Assembly: GCA_918797485.1 (NCBI GenBank)
Contig: CAKKNE010000001.1
Location: forward strand, 434,001 to 498,000
Direction: 5' to 3'
Length of the DNA: 64,000 nt
Origin: Pelagomonas calceolata
Taxonomy: Eukaryota
Positions within the stretch are counted from its first letter, which is position 1. Each line of letters starts with the position of its first letter. The translations under genes and the position numbers were made by a program. The notes below the pieces were generated by a model. It worked only from the letters and a program-made list of their open reading frames with translations, ran no database searches and had not been told where the DNA came from. Shown here piece by piece: positions 51,574-59,886 of this stretch.

Positions 51574-54500
51574 ATGAGGCTGCTGCTCCTCGCGGTCGCG
51601 GCGGCGGCCCAGGCACCGTCGGCCGCGCCGACCTACGAAACGCTGCCACCAACACGCTCACCGTCGGCCGTCCCGACCTACCGGACGCCGGCGCCCTTCG
51701 CGGCGCCGCCGGACGACTACGATCGCAGCAAGTTCGACCACGACCCCGGCTCCTGCGCCAACTACGGGATGGATGAAGTGTACACGGGCGACGCACTTGG
51801 TCTAGGAGGAGGGCTGCTCGCGGGCGAGGATTGCTGTTTTGTTTACGAGTACAACGACTGCACGCACAATCCCACCGGCCTACCGACGACCGTGCCCAGT
51901 GCGGTACCGACGGCGCTGCCGTCCGCGCTGCCGTCCGTGAGCAGCAACCCGTCGAGCGTGCCCACTGCCTCACCCTCGGGCGTCCCAACATCAAAACCCT
52001 CCGGGCATCCGACGCGGCCGCCGTCGAGCGTCCCGGTGTCGGACCCTACGGCAGCTCCCACATCCATACCCACGTCGCCGCCGTCCGAGATCCCGTCGAA
52101 CCCGCCGACGCCGTTCCCCTCGGAGTTCCCGACGACGGTCCCGTCGTCGGCGCCGACGTCGCCGCCGACCCTGCCCCCGACGCCCGCGCCGTCGGCGCCG
52201 CCGTCCATCATCCCGCCGCCGACGGCCAAACCGTCGCGGGCGCCGACCTGGGGCGGGAGCCGCCCCCCGACGACGGCCGCGCCGAGCCGCCTCCCGAGTT
52301 CGTTGCCCTCTTCGGCGCCGACGTCGCTGCCAACCTCGCTGCCGACGGTCCTCCCGTCCGCCGCGGTCTCGCGGCCGCCTTCATCAATCCCGTCGGCCCT
52401 GCCAACACCGACGCCGACGTCCGCGCCGACCGCGTTCCCGACTCGACCACCTAGTTCGGCGCCGTCGCCACCACCAACATCTCAACCGACAGCAGTGCCC
52501 ACGACGCCGCCGTCGCCGCGGCCGAGCGTGCTGCCGACGTCCGAACCGACGGCCGTCCCCACGACGCCTCCCTCGCCGACGCCGACGACGCCGCCTTCCT
52601 CGACGCCGACGTCGGACCCGTCCGCGATACCGACGAGCCCGGCGCCGTCCGTGACGTTCACACCCACCGCCGTGCCCTCGGCCCAGCCGAGCCGTTCGCC
52701 GACGACGACGCGCTACCCCACGGCCGCGCCCACGTCGCTACCGTCGCCCGCGCCGACGACGCAAGTGCCCACGTCGCTCCCGAGCACGGTCCCGAGCCCG
52801 GCGCCGACCCTGCTGCCGAGTCTATTACCGACGGTCGCGCCGACCACCGGCGACTGCCTCGCCAGCATTACCGACGCCTGCAACTGCACGTACGTCCTCG
52901 CGGAGTACGCGACAACCCTCGCGCCGACGGCCCGCGTCGTCCCGACCGTCGCGCCGACGCCGCGGCCGTCGACGCCGGCGCCGACGACGCCCGTGCCGAC
53001 GCCGCGGCCCTCGCTGACGCCCTACCCGTCGGCCGTGCCCACGGGCGACCCGAGCGGCGTCCCCACGTCGCCGCCATCATCAACGCCGACGGCCCCGCCG
53101 TCGAGCCAACCGACGCGCGTGCCGACCGTGCCGCCGACGTCGACGCCGACGAGCCAGCCGAGTTCCGCGTTCAGCGCCCTGCCGACGCCGGCGCCGTCGC
53201 GCGCGCCGACCGCCGTGCCCACGACGGAACCTACTCCTACACCGTCGGCATCGGCCGCGCCGTCCGCGCTGCCCTCCTCGCGACCAACAACAATCCCCTC
53301 GGCGCGCCCGACGGGCGTGCCGACGGCCGCGCCGACGTCGCGGCCGACGCAGCCGCCGACATCAGCACCGTCGCCGGCGCCGACGGCGCGGTGCCCCGCG
53401 CACGTCTGGCTCGAGGGCGACCCGACGACGACTGGCGCCGTGACAGCCGTCACGGGGTCGGGAAAAGAGGGCCCCGAGGCCGTCACCAGCGCGGACGGCG
53501 CAAGCCACAGATTGGACGGGCCCTGGGAGGGCGGCGTCGACCCGGCGAGCGGCGTCGACGCCTGCTGCCGCTTCGTGCAGACGCCCTGCCCCACGCCCGT
53601 GCCCACGGCCGTCCCGACGGCGCTGCCGTCGCCCGCGCCGAGCGTCCCGCCGACGGGCGTGCCGACGTCCCCACCAACGGGCACGTCGCCGCCTTCGATG
53701 GTGCCCGTCGCCGTGCCAACGGCCGTACCTACCTCACTACCCACGTCGCTCCCGACGTCGCTGCCCTCGACCCTGCCTACATCTTCACCGTCCCGCTACG
53801 CCGAAACGCCCGGACCGACGCCGGCGCCCTCGCCCCGACCGTCGCCGGCGCCCACGCCGGCCCCGACGCCCGTCCCGACGCCCGCACCGAGCGGCTGCCG
53901 CTGCGTCATGGACTTTGGGTTCACGCGGGGCGTCGGCGGCTTCGCGTACCGCGGCGACGGGCTGCTCTACGGCGCGCTGCCCGCGGTCAACCCCGCGGGT
54001 ACGAAGTGGACGCACGGCGACGACGCACTGCTGGACGGCTTCGCCTGGGCCGAGTACCTCGCGAGCCGGGCCTTCTACCGGAGCGCGGCCGTCAAGGCGC
54101 GCTCCACGAACGTCACGGACATGGACGGCAAGTGCATCTACCGAAAAGCGCCCGAGCCCTCGGCGGCGCCGACGCCCCGGCCCAGCGTGCCGCCCGGCGT
54201 GCCACAGCCGACGGCGGCGCCGACGGGCGCGCAGGCCGTCGTCGAGGTCTCGGCCGCGGTCGTGCTCACGGGCATCGACGCGGCCGACTTCAACTCCGAC
54301 CCGAACCAGCAGGAAGCCTTCGCGCAGTCGATCCTCGCGCATTTGCCGGAGTCGCTCGCCGGCGCCGAGGTCACGGACATCGTCGCCGCGGCGGCGCGGC
54401 GACGGCGGCTCCAGGCGAGCGTCGCGGTCTCCTACACGATTATCGTGAGGCAGGACGCGGCGGCCGTGACGGACGGCGGCGTTGCTATCCTGAGTGACAT

Positions 54501-55950
54501 CACGACCTCGCTCTCCGCCGCCGTGTCGAGCGGCGAGTTCCTGGACACGCTGATCGCGGAAGCGGCCGCCGCGGGCGCGTCCGCGGCCATCGCGTTCCAG
54601 ACGGTCGGCGTCGACGAAGCGGCGACGCTCGACCGCCTCGCCGACGCGACGGTCACGCTGGTCGTCACGACGGCGGCGCCCTCGGTCGCGACGCCACCCA
54701 AAAAGAAGAAGAGCGACGCCGTGCTCCTGGGCCTCTCGCTCATGACATTGATCGTCCTCGGCGCGGCGGTCGTCGGGCTCTGCCTCGTCGCCGCGGGCGC
54801 CTTCCTCTTCGTGCGCAAGGGCGGCCCGGCCAAGGTCGCGGCGCTCATGCTTCCCAGTGGCAAGGAGAAGAAGCACCGGAAGCGGCGGGGCCCCCTCGTC
54901 GACTTTTCGAAATTCTACTGGCCCTGCTGCCCCCCCAAAAAGCCCGAGGACCGCAAGGCCGGCCTCGTCGAGGTGCCGACGTTCGGCTCGCCGTACGCGA
55001 ACAGCGTCAGCACGCACGTCGGCTACGATTTAGTAGATGAATACCACCAGCGGGCGCACGCGAAGCGCAACGCCTGGACGCGCTACGAGAACGTGCTGCT
55101 GCGCGTCGTGAGGGTTCAGATCGTGGAAGGCGCGTACTACGAGCGGTGGAAGGACGCCGTGGCCGAGGCGGAGATCGACGACAACTGGCCGCGCGTCGTT
55201 ATCGCTCGAAGCGAGGTGCGCCAGGAGATCCTGGGCGAGCGGCGGACCATGACCCTGTTAGGCTACGGCGACGCGTACACGCGTGTCCTGCACGCCAGCG
55301 ATCCGCCTCCGGGCGTCAAGACTGACCTAGTACAAAGGTGCGTCGAGACCTGTTCGGTCGTGGCCGTGCTCCCTCCCAAAAAGTCAAAAGCGGCGAAACA
55401 AAAGCTGAAGCTCGCCGCGAAAGCAAGCATCGACCACTACACCGGGAAGATAATCGGCGAGAAGGTCCTGACGTCGAAGATGCGGGAGACGGCGACGGAG
55501 CCCGGCGAGGACGGCCCGACCTGGTACGAACGCCCCGCGCCCGGCGAGTTCGTGTGCTGGTCCGCCTCGTGCTGGGAGCCCGAGGATGGGAATGCGAACA
55601 TGCTGCACGTCACCGGCAAGGCCGATATCCAAGCCGTTGTCGTCGGCCCATGGGCGGGACCGAGCTTTCCGGGCAAGCGCGAGGGCCCCTACGCCGCCGA
55701 GGCAAAGAAGAGGGAGGCCGAAGACCATTACATCGAAGACGACGCCCCCGCGCCCGCGGATCCGAAAAAGGCGCTCGACGCCGTGCCCGCGAACAAAGAC
55801 GGCCAAAAACTCATCCGCAACGAACAACTCAAGAAGGTGCTCAACCAGCGGACGACGGCCTTCGAGGCGAACCAGATGGCTATCGAGAAGAAGCGCGCCG
55901 AGCGCGCGAGGACACCTGCTAAGGTGGCGCCGGCTGAGGAGGAGACTTAA
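51574..55950 (+). CDS. Mucin-like Pro/Thr/Ser-rich type I membrane protein
   Basis: Signal peptide, long PTxxPT repeats interrupted by small Cys-containing islands, a TM helix (LLGLSLMTLIVLGAAVVGLCLVAAGAFLFV) and a cytoplasmic domain. Confidence 0.85.
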   Translation: MRLLLLAVAAAAQAPSAAPTYETLPPTRSPSAVPTYRTPAPFAAPPDDYDRSKFDHDPGSCANYGMDEVYTGDALGLGGGLLAGEDCCFVYEYNDCTHNPTGLPTTVPSAVPTALPSALPSVSSNPSSVPTASPSGVPTSKPSGHPTRPPSSVPVSDPTAAPTSIPTSPPSEIPSNPPTPFPSEFPTTVPSSAPTSPPTLPPTPAPSAPPSIIPPPTAKPSRAPTWGGSRPPTTAAPSRLPSSLPSSAPTSLPTSLPTVLPSAAVSRPPSSIPSALPTPTPTSAPTAFPTRPPSSAPSPPPTSQPTAVPTTPPSPRPSVLPTSEPTAVPTTPPSPTPTTPPSSTPTSDPSAIPTSPAPSVTFTPTAVPSAQPSRSPTTTRYPTAAPTSLPSPAPTTQVPTSLPSTVPSPAPTLLPSLLPTVAPTTGDCLASITDACNCTYVLAEYATTLAPTARVVPTVAPTPRPSTPAPTTPVPTPRPSLTPYPSAVPTGDPSGVPTSPPSSTPTAPPSSQPTRVPTVPPTSTPTSQPSSAFSALPTPAPSRAPTAVPTTEPTPTPSASAAPSALPSSRPTTIPSARPTGVPTAAPTSRPTQPPTSAPSPAPTARCPAHVWLEGDPTTTGAVTAVTGSGKEGPEAVTSADGASHRLDGPWEGGVDPASGVDACCRFVQTPCPTPVPTAVPTALPSPAPSVPPTGVPTSPPTGTSPPSMVPVAVPTAVPTSLPTSLPTSLPSTLPTSSPSRYAETPGPTPAPSPRPSPAPTPAPTPVPTPAPSGCRCVMDFGFTRGVGGFAYRGDGLLYGALPAVNPAGTKWTHGDDALLDGFAWAEYLASRAFYRSAAVKARSTNVTDMDGKCIYRKAPEPSAAPTPRPSVPPGVPQPTAAPTGAQAVVEVSAAVVLTGIDAADFNSDPNQQEAFAQSILAHLPESLAGAEVTDIVAAAARRRRLQASVAVSYTIIVRQDAAAVTDGGVAILSDITTSLSAAVSSGEFLDTLIAEAAAAGASAAIAFQTVGVDEAATLDRLADATVTLVVTTAAPSVATPPKKKKSDAVLLGLSLMTLIVLGAAVVGLCLVAAGAFLFVRKGGPAKVAALMLPSGKEKKHRKRRGPLVDFSKFYWPCCPPKKPEDRKAGLVEVPTFGSPYANSVSTHVGYDLVDEYHQRAHAKRNAWTRYENVLLRVVRVQIVEGAYYERWKDAVAEAEIDDNWPRVVIARSEVRQEILGERRTMTLLGYGDAYTRVLHASDPPPGVKTDLVQRCVETCSVVAVLPPKKSKAAKQKLKLAAKASIDHYTGKIIGEKVLTSKMRETATEPGEDGPTWYERPAPGEFVCWSASCWEPEDGNANMLHVTGKADIQAVVVGPWAGPSFPGKREGPYAAEAKKREAEDHYIEDDAPAPADPKKALDAVPANKDGQKLIRNEQLKKVLNQRTTAFEANQMAIEKKRAERARTPAKVAPAEEET

Positions 55951-55977
55951 GTTATTATTGTGTAACCCGAACCCACC

Positions 55978-56481
55978 CTAGATAGACGAAGCCCGGTCGC
56001 GCGTCTCCGGGAGGAGAAGCGCGGGCGGGCTCGCCGGCGGCGCCGGCGCGTAGTCTTCACCCAGGAGTAACGGCGACTCGAGGTCGAGGAGCAGATCGTC
56101 TCGGTTCGCGCGTCCCGCCGTCGGTAACTGGATCCGCGGCCACTCCATGCGCCGGCAGCGTTTCCCCAGGACGACCACGACTAGCGCGGACAGACTCGCG
56201 CACATCCCCACGAGGACCTCGGCGGAGAGATGCCTCAAGGCAAACTCCTTGGCGCAGTGCGTGACCGAGGCATCTTCGCATCCACAGTCCACGTGACTCG
56301 CGTAACACCCCGCCATGCACGCGCCTTGTATGGCCGAGCACAACGTCGCCGAAGCATTCTTGTTCAGGCAGAGCATTTCGCCCAAATTACACGCGGATTG
56401 GCAGTTCGCGAGGGTCGTGGTCGGCCCCGCCGCGGCGGAGTGGCACAGAGCAAGCGCCAGGACCCACTTGAGAGTGGCCAT
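55978..56481 (-). CDS. Small Cys-rich single-pass membrane protein
   Basis: Signal peptide MATLKWVLALALCHSAAA, Cys-rich ectodomain, TM segment VLVGMCASLSALVVVVL. Confidence 0.6.
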   Translation of the reverse strand: MATLKWVLALALCHSAAAGPTTTLANCQSACNLGEMLCLNKNASATLCSAIQGACMAGCYASHVDCGCEDASVTHCAKEFALRHLSAEVLVGMCASLSALVVVVLGKRCRRMEWPRIQLPTAGRANRDDLLLDLESPLLLGEDYAPAPPASPPALLLPETRDRASSI

Positions 56482-56685
56482 GGATTTGGCGGTCAAATAA
56501 TTCGATAGCTCGAAAGGGCGCGGCGTATGTGGCCACAATAAGCCCCTATGCAAGTTCAGGCACCGGCACTTGCGGCGGTCGGCACGGGAGTCGCTTAAAA
56601 AAAAAATCTGACCCGAGTCACAGCGCCCTAGCCTCACGCAGCAAAATTGGCTAGTCTCAAAACTACTCTCTCACAACTAGACAAG

Positions 56686-59600
56686 TTAGCAAAGCCCCCC
56701 CCGCTCCATCTCGTACACCACCCACGGCGCCGTCTTCGCCCGGTCGATGTATCCGCGCCAGCCCTCCGCGAGGTAGAGGTACTTGTTCGACGTCACCGAC
56801 GCGTCGACGCTCTGGACGGAGTGGGGCCACATGAGCGGCACGTACAGGGCGTCGCCCGGCTGCAGTTCGACGGTGGCCGCGTCGCGGGCAGCGCGCGCCA
56901 TCTCCTGCGGCGACCCCGTCGGCCAGTGCTTGTGGTTAATATCCGGCTGCAAATCCCAGACAGTCGCCGGAGGATACACCGTCACGTTCTTGCGCCCGCG
57001 CAGCTGGAAGATCACGTTCTCGTAGCAGTCGACGTGCGTGGGATACGCGTAGGCCGAGCCCAGTCGCAGCGACGTCCACGCGAGGTCGAAGCCGCTCTCA
57101 CCAAGCGCGCCCTCGAGCACGGCGCGCGAGGCCCGGTCCGCCTCCTCCAACAGCCGCGGCAGGGGCCCGTCGCGCATCGCCGCCCCGTTCGGGTCCGCGA
57201 GCGTGCCGCTCGCCTCGGGCTGGAACCGGTGCCGGTCCGTCACCAACAGGTACAGCGCGGTCGTGTTCCCGTAGGGCAGCGTCGCCTCGTCGAGCAGCTC
57301 CGGCTTCGCGGACCAAGCCAAGAAGTCGCCATACGTCATGGGCGCGGAGTAGATCTGCTGGGCCGCGTTCCGGGCGCGGTCGTAGGCCATCGCCACGACC
57401 CTGGTCGCGTCGTCGTCGGGGCCCCGCGACAGGTCCTCCGCAAACGGCTTTACAACATTCCTCAAGACGGCCGGCTTCTTCGAGAGCAGGGCCTCGCCGA
57501 TGTCTTTCGCTTCCGCGATGGAAGCTCTGGGCCGCGACGTGCCGCGGCACAAGCGTCGGACCTGGACCGAAGCGCTGTCCGCGTCGTAGGGCGCGCGCCG
57601 CAGCGTCCGGTCGCACCAGGTCTCGAGTGCTTTTGACACTTGCGACGCGACCGGCGCCCGCGCGCCGAGGGCTATGCGCGCCAACGACGTGTCGTTGAGG
57701 TGGAAGTCACACGCATCCACCGGAACACCATCCACCAGCCCGCCGGGCGCGTGGGCGCAGGACGCCGTGGCCGCGCGGCAGGCGCCGTCGACGCCGACGT
57801 CCGGGTGCCGCGCCGCGACCGTCGCGCAGAAGGTGCGGTCGCAGGCCCGGCACGCCGTCGCGGCGGCGTCCAGCGTTTCGTACGACACGAACGGTTCGGC
57901 GTCCTTCGCCGATGATAGTCTTGTACCGCTCACCCAGCGGTCGAGCGCAAAGTCAGCAGCGATTGCGCCCCTGGCCAGGAACAGCTCGGCCAGGTCGTCG
58001 TCGCGGGGCGCGGGCGCCCGCATCTTCCCGTCGAAGCCCTCGACGCCGCGCGGCACGGGGATCAGGGGCCGGTAGCCGCCGCGGCGCCGGCTCCGCGCCT
58101 CGTACCTGCCAATGGTTTCCATCGACGGCGCGTCGAAGCGCAGCGCGTCGCCCCGCTCTTCTAGCAAGTTCCAGGCCTCCTGCGCGGCCATCCTCTCGGC
58201 GTCGTCGCCGAACAATGCGAGCGGCGCGTCCGGCGTCGGCGTGAGCGTGTTCGGCGGCTCCGCCGGACTCGCGAGATCGGTCCACGTCTCCCCATTCAAC
58301 CAGGGGTACTCGGCCTCGAGCTGCGAGGGCGGGCCGCCCACGCCGTTCAGGGCGAGCACGTCTCGGAGTACCGAGGTCTTGATCACTTCATCCACACCTC
58401 CGATCGTGCCCGTCGATGGCACGATCTCCACCTCCAGCAGCCAGGCCCGCGCGTCCGCATCTAATAAGAAATCTAAGCGCCAGTGGCAGAACAGGTGCCC
58501 CTCCGTCCGGGCCTTCGACCGCGACTCTAACAGCGGCTCCCGCGAGGCCAGGAAGACCATCGTCGCCGCCTCGCGGATTTGATCTTCGACGTCGCTCCAG
58601 GCCACGCCGGCCTGCTCGAAATGTTTCAACAGCCTATCCGTGGTCCAGACGCGCTCGGCCGCGTCGAAGGCATCGCCCGCTAATCTCTGATTCACGAGCC
58701 CGTTCGTCAGATGCGCCAAGAGGTCGCCGTCTTCCCCGTGGTCCGTCTCGGAATCCCCGTAGCCCGAGTAGGGGTACGTCGCGAGGAGCACGAGCATCTC
58801 ACGGTGGATCCAGACCTCGAGTGGAGCTAATGATGATACGGAAATATACACGCCAAACGAAAACTTGGCGTCGACGACGCCCGCCGCCGCGTCATTTAAC
58901 AGAAAGGGCCGGTCCACGTACCGCTGCAGGATGCAGTTCGCGCAGCCCTCGAGCTCCGACCAGCGCGTGATGAGCTTGATGCCGGCCCCGAGCTCCTGGC
59001 CCGGGTCCTTCCTCAACCACAAACCGCCGAGCCGGTCGCTTTTGGATAGTGCTCGCTCCCGCGCGATGTCGTCGGGCAGCCACGTTCTGGGTAGGAACTT
59101 GGTAGCTCGGTCGCCGACGGCGTCCCTCAACCGATCGAGGAGCCGGTACAAATTGTCCTTGGTGCCCAGGAGCTGCGGGTTCGGCAGCGCGTTCGCCACC
59201 GTGTGCTTGGCCAAGTTGGCGTAGAATAGGGCATGCTCGTCGAAGTGGCCCAGCAACCAGATCGCGTCCTCGGCGCCGCCCATCCTTTCTCCTGAAAGGC
59301 ACTCGACGTAGCCCAGCCGCAGGAAGAGCTGTCTCAACAACTCGTACTCCTCACTATCAAAATAATTCGTCCCGTGGTAGAACCGGAAGGCGCCGCGCGG
59401 CCCCTCCAGTCCCTTCTCGCGCATCGCCTCTTCCAACGCGCCGCGCGCGCTGACGTTGCAGAAGATGGACTCCGCCAATTCATCGGCGATGAGCGTCGCG
59501 CACCGCGGCCGCCCGTCCCGCAGCTCGCCCTGCGGCTCCCCGATGTGGAGCTCGTCGCAGGCTTGTTTTCCCACGTTCAGCGGGTCTTCGTGAAGGAGGT

Positions 59601-59703
59601 TGGCCGTGATCAATACTTCCCGGTCGTCGACGAAGATGCTGGTTTGCGCGTGGAACTGGGGCTGGGCACTTCGCAGCAGCAGTACCAAGATTGGGAGACG
59701 CAT
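56686..59703 (-). CDS. Secretory tubulin-tyrosine-ligase-like (ATP-grasp) + cupin-8/JmjC fusion protein
   Basis: ILQRYVDRPFLL, HLTN, DFLLDADARAWLLEVE (TTL); THVDCYENVIFQLRGRK and LQPGDALYVPLMWPHSV (JmjC HxD...H); signal peptide. Confidence 0.82.
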   Translation of the reverse strand: MRLPILVLLLRSAQPQFHAQTSIFVDDREVLITANLLHEDPLNVGKQACDELHIGEPQGELRDGRPRCATLIADELAESIFCNVSARGALEEAMREKGLEGPRGAFRFYHGTNYFDSEEYELLRQLFLRLGYVECLSGERMGGAEDAIWLLGHFDEHALFYANLAKHTVANALPNPQLLGTKDNLYRLLDRLRDAVGDRATKFLPRTWLPDDIARERALSKSDRLGGLWLRKDPGQELGAGIKLITRWSELEGCANCILQRYVDRPFLLNDAAAGVVDAKFSFGVYISVSSLAPLEVWIHREMLVLLATYPYSGYGDSETDHGEDGDLLAHLTNGLVNQRLAGDAFDAAERVWTTDRLLKHFEQAGVAWSDVEDQIREAATMVFLASREPLLESRSKARTEGHLFCHWRLDFLLDADARAWLLEVEIVPSTGTIGGVDEVIKTSVLRDVLALNGVGGPPSQLEAEYPWLNGETWTDLASPAEPPNTLTPTPDAPLALFGDDAERMAAQEAWNLLEERGDALRFDAPSMETIGRYEARSRRRGGYRPLIPVPRGVEGFDGKMRAPAPRDDDLAELFLARGAIAADFALDRWVSGTRLSSAKDAEPFVSYETLDAAATACRACDRTFCATVAARHPDVGVDGACRAATASCAHAPGGLVDGVPVDACDFHLNDTSLARIALGARAPVASQVSKALETWCDRTLRRAPYDADSASVQVRRLCRGTSRPRASIAEAKDIGEALLSKKPAVLRNVVKPFAEDLSRGPDDDATRVVAMAYDRARNAAQQIYSAPMTYGDFLAWSAKPELLDEATLPYGNTTALYLLVTDRHRFQPEASGTLADPNGAAMRDGPLPRLLEEADRASRAVLEGALGESGFDLAWTSLRLGSAYAYPTHVDCYENVIFQLRGRKNVTVYPPATVWDLQPDINHKHWPTGSPQEMARAARDAATVELQPGDALYVPLMWPHSVQSVDASVTSNKYLYLAEGWRGYIDRAKTAPWVVYEMERGGLC

Positions 59704-59792
59704 GGTTGTCCGAGCAGACAGTCTGATCAGGTCAGACAGGGCCGAGGACAGGAGAGCGCCGCCCACGACGCGGGCAGCCTCGTTGCTTGATT

Positions 59793-59814
59793 CTAGTGTC
59801 TTACGTACCGCTAG
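59793..59814 (+). promoter_or_regulatory. Intergenic motif copy CTAGTGTCTTACGTACCGCTAG
   Basis: Between the TylF stop and the TTL-JmjC start. Confidence 0.6.
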
Positions 59815-59886
59815 CGTTGCGTGCGTATGCGAGGAGGTTTTTGAGCCAGATTCGCGGCGACACCACCCGGGGGAAACAGGAATAGA

